A stretch of DNA of 64,000 nt. Source: an uncultured Oscillibacter sp. (GTDB lineage: Bacteria; Bacillota; Clostridia; Oscillospirales; Oscillospiraceae). Both the position numbers and the translations under genes were made by a program. The notes beneath the pieces are model-generated. The model was given only the letters and a program-made list of their open reading frames with translations. It did not search any database and was not told the DNA's origin. The number at the start of each line of letters is the position of its first letter. Positions within the stretch are counted from its first letter, which is position 1. This document shows, piece after piece, positions 39,512-48,625 of the stretch. The DNA lies in NCBI GenBank assembly GCA_949959305.1, contig CATLJA010000003.1, positions 11,999 to 75,998 of the forward strand. The letters are read 5' to 3'.

Positions 39512-39858
39512 ACCAAATATTACACTCAGTAAAGCCAGTCAGTTTATCTGACTGGCTTTCTTTATACTTACTAGCCCATTTTTATCAAATCCGTCAACAT
39601 CCCAACAGCCCTTGTGCATTTCGACGAACTGGCAATCATTAGAAGCGATTTGTAGGCGTTATCAACACGGAGGGTAAAAGCGCGGTTTTTAATCAACCAC
39701 TTCGGAAAGCAAAAAACGCCGCCTCTGGCCGGAGAAGGTCCGGGCCGGCGGCGGCGCTTTATCCAAAAATGTTCAGAACCTGTTTGCTTCCAACGCTTCA
39801 GGCAAAAAGCAGGGGCCATTGCCTCAATACGCATTGTACCAAAGCAACCGCCCTTACA

Positions 39859-39946
39859 TGGTGCGCGAGGCGGGACTTGAACCCGCACGTCCGTAAAGGA
39901 CACTAGAACCTGAATCTAGCGAGTCTGCCAATTCCACCACTCGCGC
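39859..39946 (-). tRNA. tRNA-Leu(CAG)
   Basis: GCGCGAG...CTAGA-TTCAGGT-TCTAG, long variable arm, GGTTCAAGTCC, CCA end. Confidence 0.97.
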
Positions 39947-40025
39947 GCATCGGTATGAACTTGTCCGCCCTCCGGGCAAAAACGGAAGGAGGGCCCGCCC
40001 CGGATGAGGCGGGGCCTCTTTCGTC

Positions 40026-40113
40026 TGGTGCGCGAGGCGGGACTTGAACCCGCACGTCCGTAAAGGACACTAGAACCTGAATCTAGCGAGTCTGCCAATT
40101 CCACCACTCGCGC
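40026..40113 (-). tRNA. tRNA-Leu(CAG), identical second copy
   Basis: Identical to 39859-39946. Confidence 0.97.
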
Positions 40114-40142
40114 GTGGCGCGGGCCTCTCAAAGGGGAAGCCG

Positions 40143-40228
40143 TGGTGCGGCTGACGGGACTTGAACCCACACGTCGATACGACACCAGCACCTCAAGCTG
40201 GCCTGTCTACCAGTTCCAGCACAGCCGC
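40143..40228 (-). tRNA. tRNA-Leu(GAG)
   Basis: CCAGC-TTGAGGT-GCTGG anticodon arm, long variable arm, CCA end. Confidence 0.96.
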
Positions 40229-40264
40229 GTAATTTCCGCGTCCCCTAAAAAAGACTGCTTGATT

Positions 40265-40293
40265 ATTATAGCCAGAACCGCCCCCGTTGTCAA
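40265..40293 (-). promoter_or_regulatory. Consensus sigma-A promoter of the tRNA-Leu cluster
   Basis: TTGACA-N17-TATAAT on the minus strand. Confidence 0.85.
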
Positions 40294-40401
40294 CACCCAT
40301 TTTCCGTTTTCTCCGATTTTTTTCCTTTCGCCCGGAGGCTCCCTCCCCGTCCGCTTCCGGGCAGAAGAATCCCCCGCCCGGTCCTGGGGCGGGGGAGCCG
40401 C

Positions 40402-40587
40402 TTATTCGTAAAGTTCCTCGTCGGCGTAGTCGTCGTATTCGGAGCCGAATCTCTGCGTCAGGCGCTTTTTCATGCCGCAGTACCCGACGCTCAGGTCGTG
40501 CCAGCCGCCGATCAGCAGGCAGACAAAAGCGGCGAACGCCAGGCTTGCGCCGATGATCTTCATGACCATGCTCGCGGTTTTGCTCAT
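40402..40587 (-). CDS. Small membrane protein
   Basis: 61 aa, RBS AGGAGG, one TM, acidic tail. Confidence 0.6.
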   Translation of the reverse strand: MSKTASMVMKIIGASLAFAAFVCLLIGGWHDLSVGYCGMKKRLTQRFGSEYDDYADEELYE

Positions 40588-40751
40588 AGCAGCTTCCTCC
40601 TAATGTCTCAGTATCGGGTTTATCATACACCATCTCTCCCCATTTTACAAGAGGGATTTTGCGCCCCGCGCCCCGAAAAAGGCGGACGCCGGAGGAGCTT
40701 TCCCCGCCCGGGGAGCGGGCCGCAGCGCCGGACTGGGCCCGCGATATTTTC

Positions 40752-40780
40752 TTGACAAGGTAATCGTTTGCCGATATAAT
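40752..40780 (+). promoter_or_regulatory. Consensus sigma-A promoter
   Basis: TTGACA-N17-TATAAT. Confidence 0.85.
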
Positions 40781-40860
40781 ATGAGGCGCGCGAAGCTCCG
40801 GGAGGCCGCCGGGACGGCGGGAATCCCGAAAAAATACAAAAAGGAAAGGATTGGACGACT

Positions 40861-41553
40861 ATGATCTATTCCACCGAAGTGCAGAACATGTGCCCCGTCG
40901 CTAAGGGCGCATACCACGGTCCCGCCCCCATCCCTGAGGAGGGCAGGTGGGTCCAGGCCAAGGAGATCAAGGACATCTCCGGCCTCACCCACGGCGTGGG
41001 CTGGTGCGCTCCCCAGCAGGGCGCGTGCAAGCTGACCCTCAACGTCAAGGACGGCGTGATTGAGGAGGCGCTGGTGGAGACCCTGGGCTGCTCCGGCATG
41101 ACCCATTCCGCCGCCATGGCCTCTGAAATCCTCATCGGCAAGACCCTGCTGGAGGCCTTGAACACCGACCTGGTGTGCGATGCCATCAACACCGCCATGC
41201 GGGAGCTGTTCCTCCAGATTGTCTACGGCCGGACCCAGACCGCGTTCTCCGAGGGCGGACTGCCCGTGGGCGCGTCCCTGGAGGACCTGGGCAAGGGCCT
41301 TCGCAGCCAGGTGGGCACCATGTTCGGCACCAAGGCCAAGGGCCCCCGGTATCTTGAAATGGCGGAGGGCTACGTCACCCGCATCGCCCTGAACAAGGAC
41401 GACGAGATCATCGGCTATGAGTTCGTAAACCTGGGCAAGATGATGGACGCCGTCAAAAAGGGAACCGACGCCAACGAGGCCCTGGAAAAGGCCAAGGGCC
41501 ATTACGGCCAGTTCGACGGGGCCGCCAAGTATATCGACCCCCGTCACGAGTAA
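40861..41553 (+). CDS. NifU/IscU-N-like protein (partner of GGGtGRT protein)
   Basis: GWCAPQQGACKL, GCSGMTHS, LVCDA conserved Cys pattern. Confidence 0.8.
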   Translation: MIYSTEVQNMCPVAKGAYHGPAPIPEEGRWVQAKEIKDISGLTHGVGWCAPQQGACKLTLNVKDGVIEEALVETLGCSGMTHSAAMASEILIGKTLLEALNTDLVCDAINTAMRELFLQIVYGRTQTAFSEGGLPVGASLEDLGKGLRSQVGTMFGTKAKGPRYLEMAEGYVTRIALNKDDEIIGYEFVNLGKMMDAVKKGTDANEALEKAKGHYGQFDGAAKYIDPRHE

Positions 41554-41572
41554 GAAAAGGAGGAATTGAGAA

Positions 41573-42571
41573 ATGGCTCTGTTTGAAAGCTACGAGAGAA
41601 GAATCGACAAGATCAATTCCGTCCTGTCTCAGTACGGAATCAAGACCGTGGAGGAGTGCCGGGACATCTGCAAGGCCGCCGGCTTCGACCCCTACGAGAT
41701 CGTCAAGGGCATTCAGCCCATCTGCTTTGAAAACGCATGCTGGGCCTACTGCGTGGGCGCGGCCATCGCGCTGAAGAAGAACGTCGCCACCGCCGCCGAG
41801 GCCGCCGAGGCCATCGGAGAGGGCCTCCAGGCCTTCTGCATCGCCGGCTCCGTGGCCGAGGACCGGAAGGTCGGCCTGGGCCACGGCAACCTTGGCGCGA
41901 TGCTCCTCCGGGATGAGACGAAGTGCTTCGCCTTCCTGGCGGGCCACGAGTCCTTCGCCGCCGCCGAGGGCGCCATCGGCATCGTCCGCAACGCCAACAA
42001 GGCCCGCAAGGAGCCCCTGCGGGTTATCCTCAACGGCCTGGGCAAGGACGCCGCCCAGATCATCAGCCGCATCAACGGCTTCACCTACGTCCAAACCCAG
42101 TTTGACTACGGCACCGGCGAGGTGAAGGTGGTCAAGGAGACCCGCTACAGCGAGGGCGAGCGGGCGGGCGTCCGCTGCTACGGCGCGGACGACGTCCGGG
42201 AGGGCGTGGCCATCATGCACCTGGAGGGCGTGGACGTGTCCATCACCGGCAACTCCACCAACCCCACCCGGTTCCAGCATCCCGTGGCGGGCACCTATAA
42301 GAAGGAGTGCGTAGAGCTGGGGAAGAAATACTTCTCCGTGGCCTCCGGCGGCGGCACCGGCCGGACCCTGCACCCCGACAACATGGCCGCCGGCCCCGCT
42401 TCCTACGGCATGACCGACACCATGGGCCGGATGCACTCCGACGCCCAGTTCGCCGGCAGCTCCTCCGTCCCCGCCCACGTGGAGATGATGGGCTTCCTGG
42501 GCATGGGCAACAACCCCATGGTGGGCGCCACCGTGGCGGTCGCGGTTGCCGTGGCCGAGAGCAAGAAGTAA
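41573..42571 (+). CDS. GGGtGRT family protein
   Basis: Contains SGGGTGRTLH; starts MALFESYERRI. Confidence 0.92.
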   Translation: MALFESYERRIDKINSVLSQYGIKTVEECRDICKAAGFDPYEIVKGIQPICFENACWAYCVGAAIALKKNVATAAEAAEAIGEGLQAFCIAGSVAEDRKVGLGHGNLGAMLLRDETKCFAFLAGHESFAAAEGAIGIVRNANKARKEPLRVILNGLGKDAAQIISRINGFTYVQTQFDYGTGEVKVVKETRYSEGERAGVRCYGADDVREGVAIMHLEGVDVSITGNSTNPTRFQHPVAGTYKKECVELGKKYFSVASGGGTGRTLHPDNMAAGPASYGMTDTMGRMHSDAQFAGSSSVPAHVEMMGFLGMGNNPMVGATVAVAVAVAESKK

Positions 42572-42676
42572 AAAGCCGCCTCACGCGGCCGCGCAGAACC
42601 GCCCGCTCCCCGGGGAGCGGGCGGTTTCATTTTCTTTCCCGCCGGAGCGGAGCGCTCAATTTCCCCGGCGCGCCTG

Positions 42677-42988
42677 TCAGCGGGAATCTTCCGGCTCCTT
42701 GAGAAAGACGTCCCTGTCCCCCGTTGACAGCTCCGGCCGGAAGCGGCGGCCCAGCTGGTCAAAGGCCCGGATATCCGCCCGGCCTGTGATATGGTTCTCC
42801 GCCAGCCAGCGCACCATCTGTCCCCGGGCCATTTTACACTTGGTACCCTTTTCAACGACCTTGAGGGACATGCTTTGCAAGACGGCTTTCAGCCGCTCCG
42901 CCCGCTCCAGGAACGGAGGCAGTCTCTCCACGGCAAAGCTGTCCTTGTCCACGGTCATTTTCTTGGCCGGGGCGATGATGACGCGCAT
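42677..42988 (-). pseudogene. yaaA: Internally deleted YaaA paralog (103 aa)
   Basis: N- and C-termini align with full yaaA at 44677-45435; 149 codons missing. Confidence 0.85.
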
Positions 42989-43097
42989 AGGAGCACTCCC
43001 TTCTTCACCGGCAAAGCGGGGACAAAAACGAAGAAATTCCCGCCATGGCGCAATTTTCGGCAAAGCCGGAAACAAGCGGTGGCGGGAATTTCTGAGC

Positions 43098-43142
43098 TGG
43101 TGGACTCGAAGAGGATCGAACCCTCGACCTCTCGGATGCGAA
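43098..43142 (-). repeat. att site: 3' half of tRNA-Ala(CGC)
   Basis: TGGTGGACTCGAAGAGGATCGAACCCTCGACCTCTCGGATGCGAA matches 61091-61135 except 3 nt and ends at the anticodon loop. Confidence 0.88.
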
Positions 43143-43489
43143 AAGATTTTGTAAACTTTTTTGGCTTGTTTTCGTTCCTTTTGGCCGTTTCCGCTGGATT
43201 TAACTTTATCTGTAAGCCTCTTTAACGGGCTGTCCTCCGTATGTTCCGGCGGCGTCTGTGGCAGGTTCTGTGGTCAGAAACGCTTCCCGCCTCTGACCGT
43301 CGGTTTTCCACCGGCGCTGAGCGGGAAGCGTTTCCTGCTTTATGCCGTCTGCATTGTAACTCTGACGGGAAGGTTTTGCAACGGTTTTCTGTCAGGGCAG
43401 GCCCTCAAATTCTACGGGGCTATAGTCAAAGATAAGGCAGAATAAAAACTCAAGGCATAGTGCGGAATGTCAAAATCGTGTATCGGCAA

Positions 43490-44395
43490 TCAGTCTGCTG
43501 AGGAGTACTCAAAGCTGGCATTGGAATCCGTATGCTGAAATAGGAGGCTGTCCCCGTGCCAGAAGCGGTAGCGCACCTCCGCACAAAGGCTTTCGTGAAT
43601 GGTGCGCTCCATGCAGCCCTCCACTGGGGCCCGAAGGGGCTGCCGCTGTTCGCTCAGCAGCTCCACCTCCAGACGGTACTTCCCCTGGCGGATTACCGCG
43701 CCGTTGGAGGACCACGTCTCAATCCTGACGCCCCGGTAGGTTGCCAGACGGTACTCCTGACCGCCATATAAAAGGGAGCAGATACAGCCGATGAAGCCGC
43801 CCACAGGTAGAGGAATCATTGCAATGGCAAGCATCAGACTGCCCCGCTCCAGCCCATCCCAGACACACTGCGTCCAGAGATACTTGCTGGGAAAAGAGCG
43901 GCCCCGGTCTGTTTCGATATAGCCGGTTCTGCCGGAGAAATCCAGGCGCTCGCCGTTCAGTTCAAGCGTTCCGCTCAGAGAATGCCCCATGCTGATGATG
44001 CCATGAGAACACTGCATCTCGGCGAAGAATCGGAACGGCCCCATGATGTCGGATCGGAGGACGGTAAAGGGGCCGTAGCGCAGGGTGCCCTGAAGGGAGA
44101 GGCCGTCCCGCTGGATATGGAGGTCGATCCCCTGCCCGCCGAAACTGGACTGCCCGATCTGCACCTGAAAGGGTCGCCGGGAGATTTGAAGCTGTGACGC
44201 CGGGTACTCCAGCCACCACGCCTGATCTTTTGAAATGATCTGAAGAGAGGCGGTATGGTGTCCTTCTCTGTCGATATGGAATGCGGGAATCAGCGCCAGC
44301 GTCTGTCCCTGCGGATTTTGGTGCTTGAAGTACCAGCCCTCAAAATAGGGGGCCGTCGTGTTTGTGCCATGGAAAAAACGTGTCACGCTTATCAC
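43490..44395 (-). CDS. Tocopherol cyclase-like family protein
   Basis: YFEGWYFK, DIMGPF, C.HGIISMGH, GYIETDRGRSFP. Confidence 0.8.
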   Translation of the reverse strand: MISVTRFFHGTNTTAPYFEGWYFKHQNPQGQTLALIPAFHIDREGHHTASLQIISKDQAWWLEYPASQLQISRRPFQVQIGQSSFGGQGIDLHIQRDGLSLQGTLRYGPFTVLRSDIMGPFRFFAEMQCSHGIISMGHSLSGTLELNGERLDFSGRTGYIETDRGRSFPSKYLWTQCVWDGLERGSLMLAIAMIPLPVGGFIGCICSLLYGGQEYRLATYRGVRIETWSSNGAVIRQGKYRLEVELLSEQRQPLRAPVEGCMERTIHESLCAEVRYRFWHGDSLLFQHTDSNASFEYSSAD

Positions 44396-44676
44396 CCCGG
44401 ATTCAGTTTTCCCTGAATCTGGGGATTTTATATGAGATGTTTCTCAATGATGGAGGCTGCCTCGGCCCTCACGCCACAATAAATTTTACGGATACAAACC
44501 GCAAAACTTTTGATATAAAGCAAATATTGCGGTTATAACCATATACTTTAGCAATATACAGACATCCATATATATCAGCGAACAGATAGACAAAATTATC
44601 AGGGGATCAAAACGATGCGCGTTGCGGATTTCCTGCTGAGCACGGAATATTGAGCCGCTCCTGGACAGGAAGCGGC

Positions 44677-45435
44677 TCAATTCTTGCGGGACTGTATCCA
44701 AAGAAATACCGTGTGGTTCCGCACCGAAATGGAACGGCAGAATTGATATCCCAGTTGGTCAAAAGCCCGGAGATCCTCCGGACTTTTAATTTGGTTTTCC
44801 GCCAGCCAGCGCACCATCTGCCCGCGGGCCATCTTGCATTTGGTACCCTTTTCAACAACCTTGCCGTCTTTCAGTTCTCCGAAGGCACAGGTGACAAACC
44901 GGACGGTTTTGGGCAGATAAGCCTCCACCGCTCTGCTGTATTCCTTGGAGGCCAGATTCAGCACCACATCCGTCTCCGAGGCCAGCTGCCGGGCCAGGCG
45001 GCTGCCCCAGAACTGATACAAATCCCGGCAGCCGTCCACCGCCAGCTTTGCCTGCATCTCAAGCCGGTAGGGGGTCACACCGTCGAAGGGCCGCAGCAGA
45101 CCGTAGAAGCCGGAGAGGATGTGCAGATGCTCCCGGAGGTAGTCCAGGTGAGCTGTTTCCATCACGCCGGGGGCCATATAGCGATACTGGATGCCCTCGT
45201 AGGAGAGAATCGCCGGAGTGAGATTGCGGCGCAGATCCATCTGCTCCAGCCGCTCCACATTCAACTTGGCAATGGCGTGATTGCACTTCCAAAGGGCCTG
45301 CAAATCCTTGGGGAACATACCCTGGAGAACCGTTTTCAGCCGCTCTGTCCGCTCCAGAAACTGTGGCAGGCCGTCCACAGAAAAGCTGTCCGTGTCCACT
45401 ACCATTTTCTTCGCTGGAGCGATGATGATGCGCAT
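44677..45435 (-). CDS. yaaA: Peroxide stress protein YaaA (DUF328)
   Basis: IIIAPAKKM, LSGFYGLLRPFD..YRLEM, NLASKEY, KMARG.M. Confidence 0.92.
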   Translation of the reverse strand: MRIIIAPAKKMVVDTDSFSVDGLPQFLERTERLKTVLQGMFPKDLQALWKCNHAIAKLNVERLEQMDLRRNLTPAILSYEGIQYRYMAPGVMETAHLDYLREHLHILSGFYGLLRPFDGVTPYRLEMQAKLAVDGCRDLYQFWGSRLARQLASETDVVLNLASKEYSRAVEAYLPKTVRFVTCAFGELKDGKVVEKGTKCKMARGQMVRWLAENQIKSPEDLRAFDQLGYQFCRSISVRNHTVFLWIQSRKN

Positions 45436-45449
45436 AGAGGCCCCTCCTT

Positions 45450-45971
45450 TCAGATGCAGGAAAGCATATCCGCCAGCCGTTCCGCCGCCATGCCCAAGCC
45501 TTCAGCGCCCACACAGCGGCTGGGTTTGGCGTTGACGATCTGCTCCAGCAGGGGCTGGCTTTGGCTGCTCTCATCCAGGGCCAGCTCCGCTGCGATCACA
45601 TCCTCCCAGGCGCGGTTCAAAAAGGCCACCTCCCGGCGGCCATGAGTCCTGGTGAACAGAGGCGGTTCTGAACCGCACAGTTTCTCCAATGTTTCTTCGG
45701 GAAAACCGGCGGCGGACAAGCTGAGCCGCAGACCATCCAGAAAAACGTCAGACAGGCGTTCCCATTCCAGGTGGTTGAGATTATACAGTACAACTGTGTA
45801 TCGCGCATGGCAGTGAACCGCCAGCAGACTGGGCCTGCCCCGCAGAGGAATGATGTGAAGATCCCAGCAGAAACGGCGGTCCGGTTCTTGAGGATCAGGG
45901 AGCGCTTTAAGGTGCAATTGCCGCTGGAGGGGAATAGTCAGACCCAGTTCTATCGCATTATTTCTTTTCAT
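45450..45971 (-). CDS. Hypothetical protein
   Basis: 173 aa ORF coupled within the cargo operon. Confidence 0.6.
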   Translation of the reverse strand: MKRNNAIELGLTIPLQRQLHLKALPDPQEPDRRFCWDLHIIPLRGRPSLLAVHCHARYTVVLYNLNHLEWERLSDVFLDGLRLSLSAAGFPEETLEKLCGSEPPLFTRTHGRREVAFLNRAWEDVIAAELALDESSQSQPLLEQIVNAKPSRCVGAEGLGMAAERLADMLSCI

Positions 45972-46419
45972 GGGGAATGATTACTTTCTCAACCTGAAAA
46001 TGCCCTCCGTCAACGGCCATAACAGCAAAGGTAATCTCCTGGTCAAAGCGCCGCCGTCCACAGCTTCCAGGATTCAGCCACAGAACGCCATTCCGCTCCT
46101 CATAGGCGTACTTGTGGGAGTGGCCGTAAACCGCTACATCCGTATCGGACAAATCTGGAGGAACATCCCTCTTATTGTGAATCAGGAAGAAACGGACGCC
46201 CTCGATGGAAAATGTGAGGCTTTGCGGCAGCGCCTCCGCCCACTCCTTGTCGTTGTTCCCCCGGACAATATAGAGCGGGGCGTACTCCCGGAGCTTGTCC
46301 ACAATAGCCTGGGTGTTGATATCGCCGCCGTGGATGATAATGTCAGCCTGGGACAGGTATTCCAACACCTCCGGCCGCAACAGGCCGTGGGTGTCGGATA
46401 AGACGATGACACGTTTCAT
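45958..46419 (-). CDS. YfcE-like metallophosphoesterase
   Basis: SDTHG, HGGD, VRGNND, GHSH, NPGS. Confidence 0.9.
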   Translation of the reverse strand: MKRVIVLSDTHGLLRPEVLEYLSQADIIIHGGDINTQAIVDKLREYAPLYIVRGNNDKEWAEALPQSLTFSIEGVRFFLIHNKRDVPPDLSDTDVAVYGHSHKYAYEERNGVLWLNPGSCGRRRFDQEITFAVMAVDGGHFQVEKVIIPHEKK

Positions 46420-46435
46420 GCACAGGCCTCCCGGT

Positions 46436-46846
46436 TCAAATCAGAATTCCCTCGCAGTGGTCAATCTCGTGCTGGATGATTTGTGCCGTCCAGCTGGTGA
46501 AGGTCTTGAAGCGAATTTGAAATTGCTCGTTCTGATACTGCACTTTGATTGACTGCCAGCGTTTGGCCTTCCGGGTGCCGGTGAGGGAGAGACAGCCCTC
46601 CTCCGCCTCGTAGAGGCCGGATTTTTTGATGATCTCCGGGTTCAACATCACCATGTATGTGCCCTCGTTGTCAAAAACGATGATCCGCTTGCAGACACCG
46701 ATCATATTGGCCGCCATGCCCACACAGCCGTCCTTGTGGGCGGTCAGAGTGTCCAGCAAATCCTGGGCGACAGGCAAGTCCTCCAGGGTGGCTGGTTCGG
46801 CCTTTTGGGAGAGGAACGCTTCGTCTCGCATAATCTCTCGTATCAT
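46436..46846 (-). CDS. def: Peptide deformylase (short type)
   Basis: GMAANMIG, EGCLSL, QHEIDH. Confidence 0.9.
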   Translation of the reverse strand: MIREIMRDEAFLSQKAEPATLEDLPVAQDLLDTLTAHKDGCVGMAANMIGVCKRIIVFDNEGTYMVMLNPEIIKKSGLYEAEEGCLSLTGTRKAKRWQSIKVQYQNEQFQIRFKTFTSWTAQIIQHEIDHCEGILI

Positions 46847-46962
46847 ATACTGTGCCTCCATAACGCACTTCCCCCAAGGGGAAATTTGTGGTATACTCAT
46901 AATAAAATAGCACAAGCAGGGGAAAAAGGCAAATTGAGGGCGGTGGATGGTATGGAGAAAAA

Positions 46963-47337
46963 GCGACAGAGGTTGTAGCGGCGCTGATCTGGGATGGAGA
47001 CAGGTTTTTGATCTGCCAGCGTCCGGCTCATAAGGCACGGGGATTGTTGTGGGAATTTGTGGGCGGAAAGGTGGAACCGGGGGAAACTAAGGAGCAGGCC
47101 CTGGTGCGGGAATGCTGGGAGGAGCTGGCTGTCACTATTTCGGTGGGCGAAGTGTTCATGGAGATTAACCACGATTACCCCGACTTGAATGTGCATCTAA
47201 CACTGTTCAATGCGGCAATCATTGAGGGAACGCCCCAGATGCTGGAGCATAACGACATCCGCTGGATTACTCCAGAGAAGATACCACAGTATGAATTTTG
47301 CCCGGCGGATGAGGAGAATTTGGGAAGGCTGTGCTGA
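46963..47337 (+). CDS. MutT/NUDIX hydrolase; expected start codon appears mutated (GCG)
   Basis: Frame reads (A)TEVVAALIWDGDRFLICQRP...WEFVGGKVEPGETKEQALVRECWEEL (Nudix box). Confidence 0.75.
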   Translation, partial: ATEVVAALIWDGDRFLICQRPAHKARGLLWEFVGGKVEPGETKEQALVRECWEELAVTISVGEVFMEINHDYPDLNVHLTLFNAAIIEGTPQMLEHNDIRWITPEKIPQYEFCPADEENLGRLC

Positions 47338-47458
47338 TCTTTTCGAGCATAATTCCATATTTTCAGTAAACAAAACTGTTATTGTGTATCAGATAACATA
47401 TTTATGAGATGATTTACTGTTGAATGTGCTCTAAATTATATATTTTGGAGGTTGTTTA

Positions 47459-48625
47459 ATGAAACTGCTTTATTCAAATATTCTTCCGCTTGGAACTGAG
47501 GACGGCCAGGAAACTGTAAATGGCCGCCTTCTTGAAGAAATCTCTTCGGCTGATGCCATTGAAATCGCTGTGGGATATGTTTCCAAAGCGGCTCTGCAAG
47601 AATTGGAGCAGATTGTGGACAAATATGAGATTCGGCATATTGTGCTGACCATCGGCATGTACTATTTCGAAGGAATGCCTGAAAGTATCTATCACACAGC
47701 AGTTGCTTTAAATCATAAATGGGTTGATAAAGGCATCGGTGAAATTCGAATAGTCAGAGCATTCAAATACCATGGTAAAATCTATGCCTTTTACAAAAAT
47801 GAACGGGCAAAATCTGCTGTTATCGGTTCTGCAAATCTTGGTGTTATCAAAATGGAGGCCAACAATCGCAGACAGTATGAAGTGTCAGCAGTGACCGAGG
47901 ATAGTGCCGAATGCAATGAAATAGCGAATCTGATTCGGAAAATAGCCGGCCCAGTATCTTCGGTCAGAATTGATGAAGCTGCTAATATGCCTCTTATCCG
48001 CGAAGTCAATACTTCCTTGACCGGCATTGACACTGTTGAGCAGATTCCTCAAACAGAGGTGGAAATATTTAACCGGCATAAGACTGATTTTTCTTTTGTC
48101 CTGCCTATTAAAGTACCTGCCTATGCAGAACGTCATATGGATGACGGCAGGCACTATACAAAGTCTAATCTGAACGTCAGTTATGCAGCACCAAGAAGTG
48201 CCAGAAAGTCTCGTGATTGGTATGAAACTCAGTTTACTGTCAGCAAGCAAATTACTTGTCTTGAGGGATATCCTGAAAAAAACGCAGTTTTTGTTGTTGT
48301 AACTGATGACGGCTATACATTTAAGGCTCATACCACGAGTGATGGGAATAAACAGTTCAGTGCTGTTGGCGATGAATTGATTTTGGGACGCTGGATTAAA
48401 GGCCGTCTTGCCGCGGCTGGCCTGGTCACCCCTGTAAACGATACGCAAGCCGATAAGGACCGAATAGGCATGATAACAAAGGAAATGCTGGCCGCCTATG
48501 GATGCGACAGGCTTGTGCTTACGAAAACTGACCAAAAAACAGAGGATAAAGATGGCAATATGCTGGATGTCTGGATTTTGTCTTTCGAAGCGGCATCAGA
48601 GGCCGAAGACGGAGGTGGAGAATGA
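47459..48625 (+). CDS. PLD-family restriction endonuclease (NgoFVII/CglI R-type) with C-terminal B3-like domain
   Basis: IAVGYVS, YHGKIY, GSANL (intact HxK...SxN). Confidence 0.85.
   Translation: MKLLYSNILPLGTEDGQETVNGRLLEEISSADAIEIAVGYVSKAALQELEQIVDKYEIRHIVLTIGMYYFEGMPESIYHTAVALNHKWVDKGIGEIRIVRAFKYHGKIYAFYKNERAKSAVIGSANLGVIKMEANNRRQYEVSAVTEDSAECNEIANLIRKIAGPVSSVRIDEAANMPLIREVNTSLTGIDTVEQIPQTEVEIFNRHKTDFSFVLPIKVPAYAERHMDDGRHYTKSNLNVSYAAPRSARKSRDWYETQFTVSKQITCLEGYPEKNAVFVVVTDDGYTFKAHTTSDGNKQFSAVGDELILGRWIKGRLAAAGLVTPVNDTQADKDRIGMITKEMLAAYGCDRLVLTKTDQKTEDKDGNMLDVWILSFEAASEAEDGGGE

Noticed and set aside
39859-40228. Direct repeats that could suggest a CRISPR array or att duplication
   Set aside because: They are complete tRNA-Leu genes; no repeat-spacer array or cas gene was seen anywhere in the window
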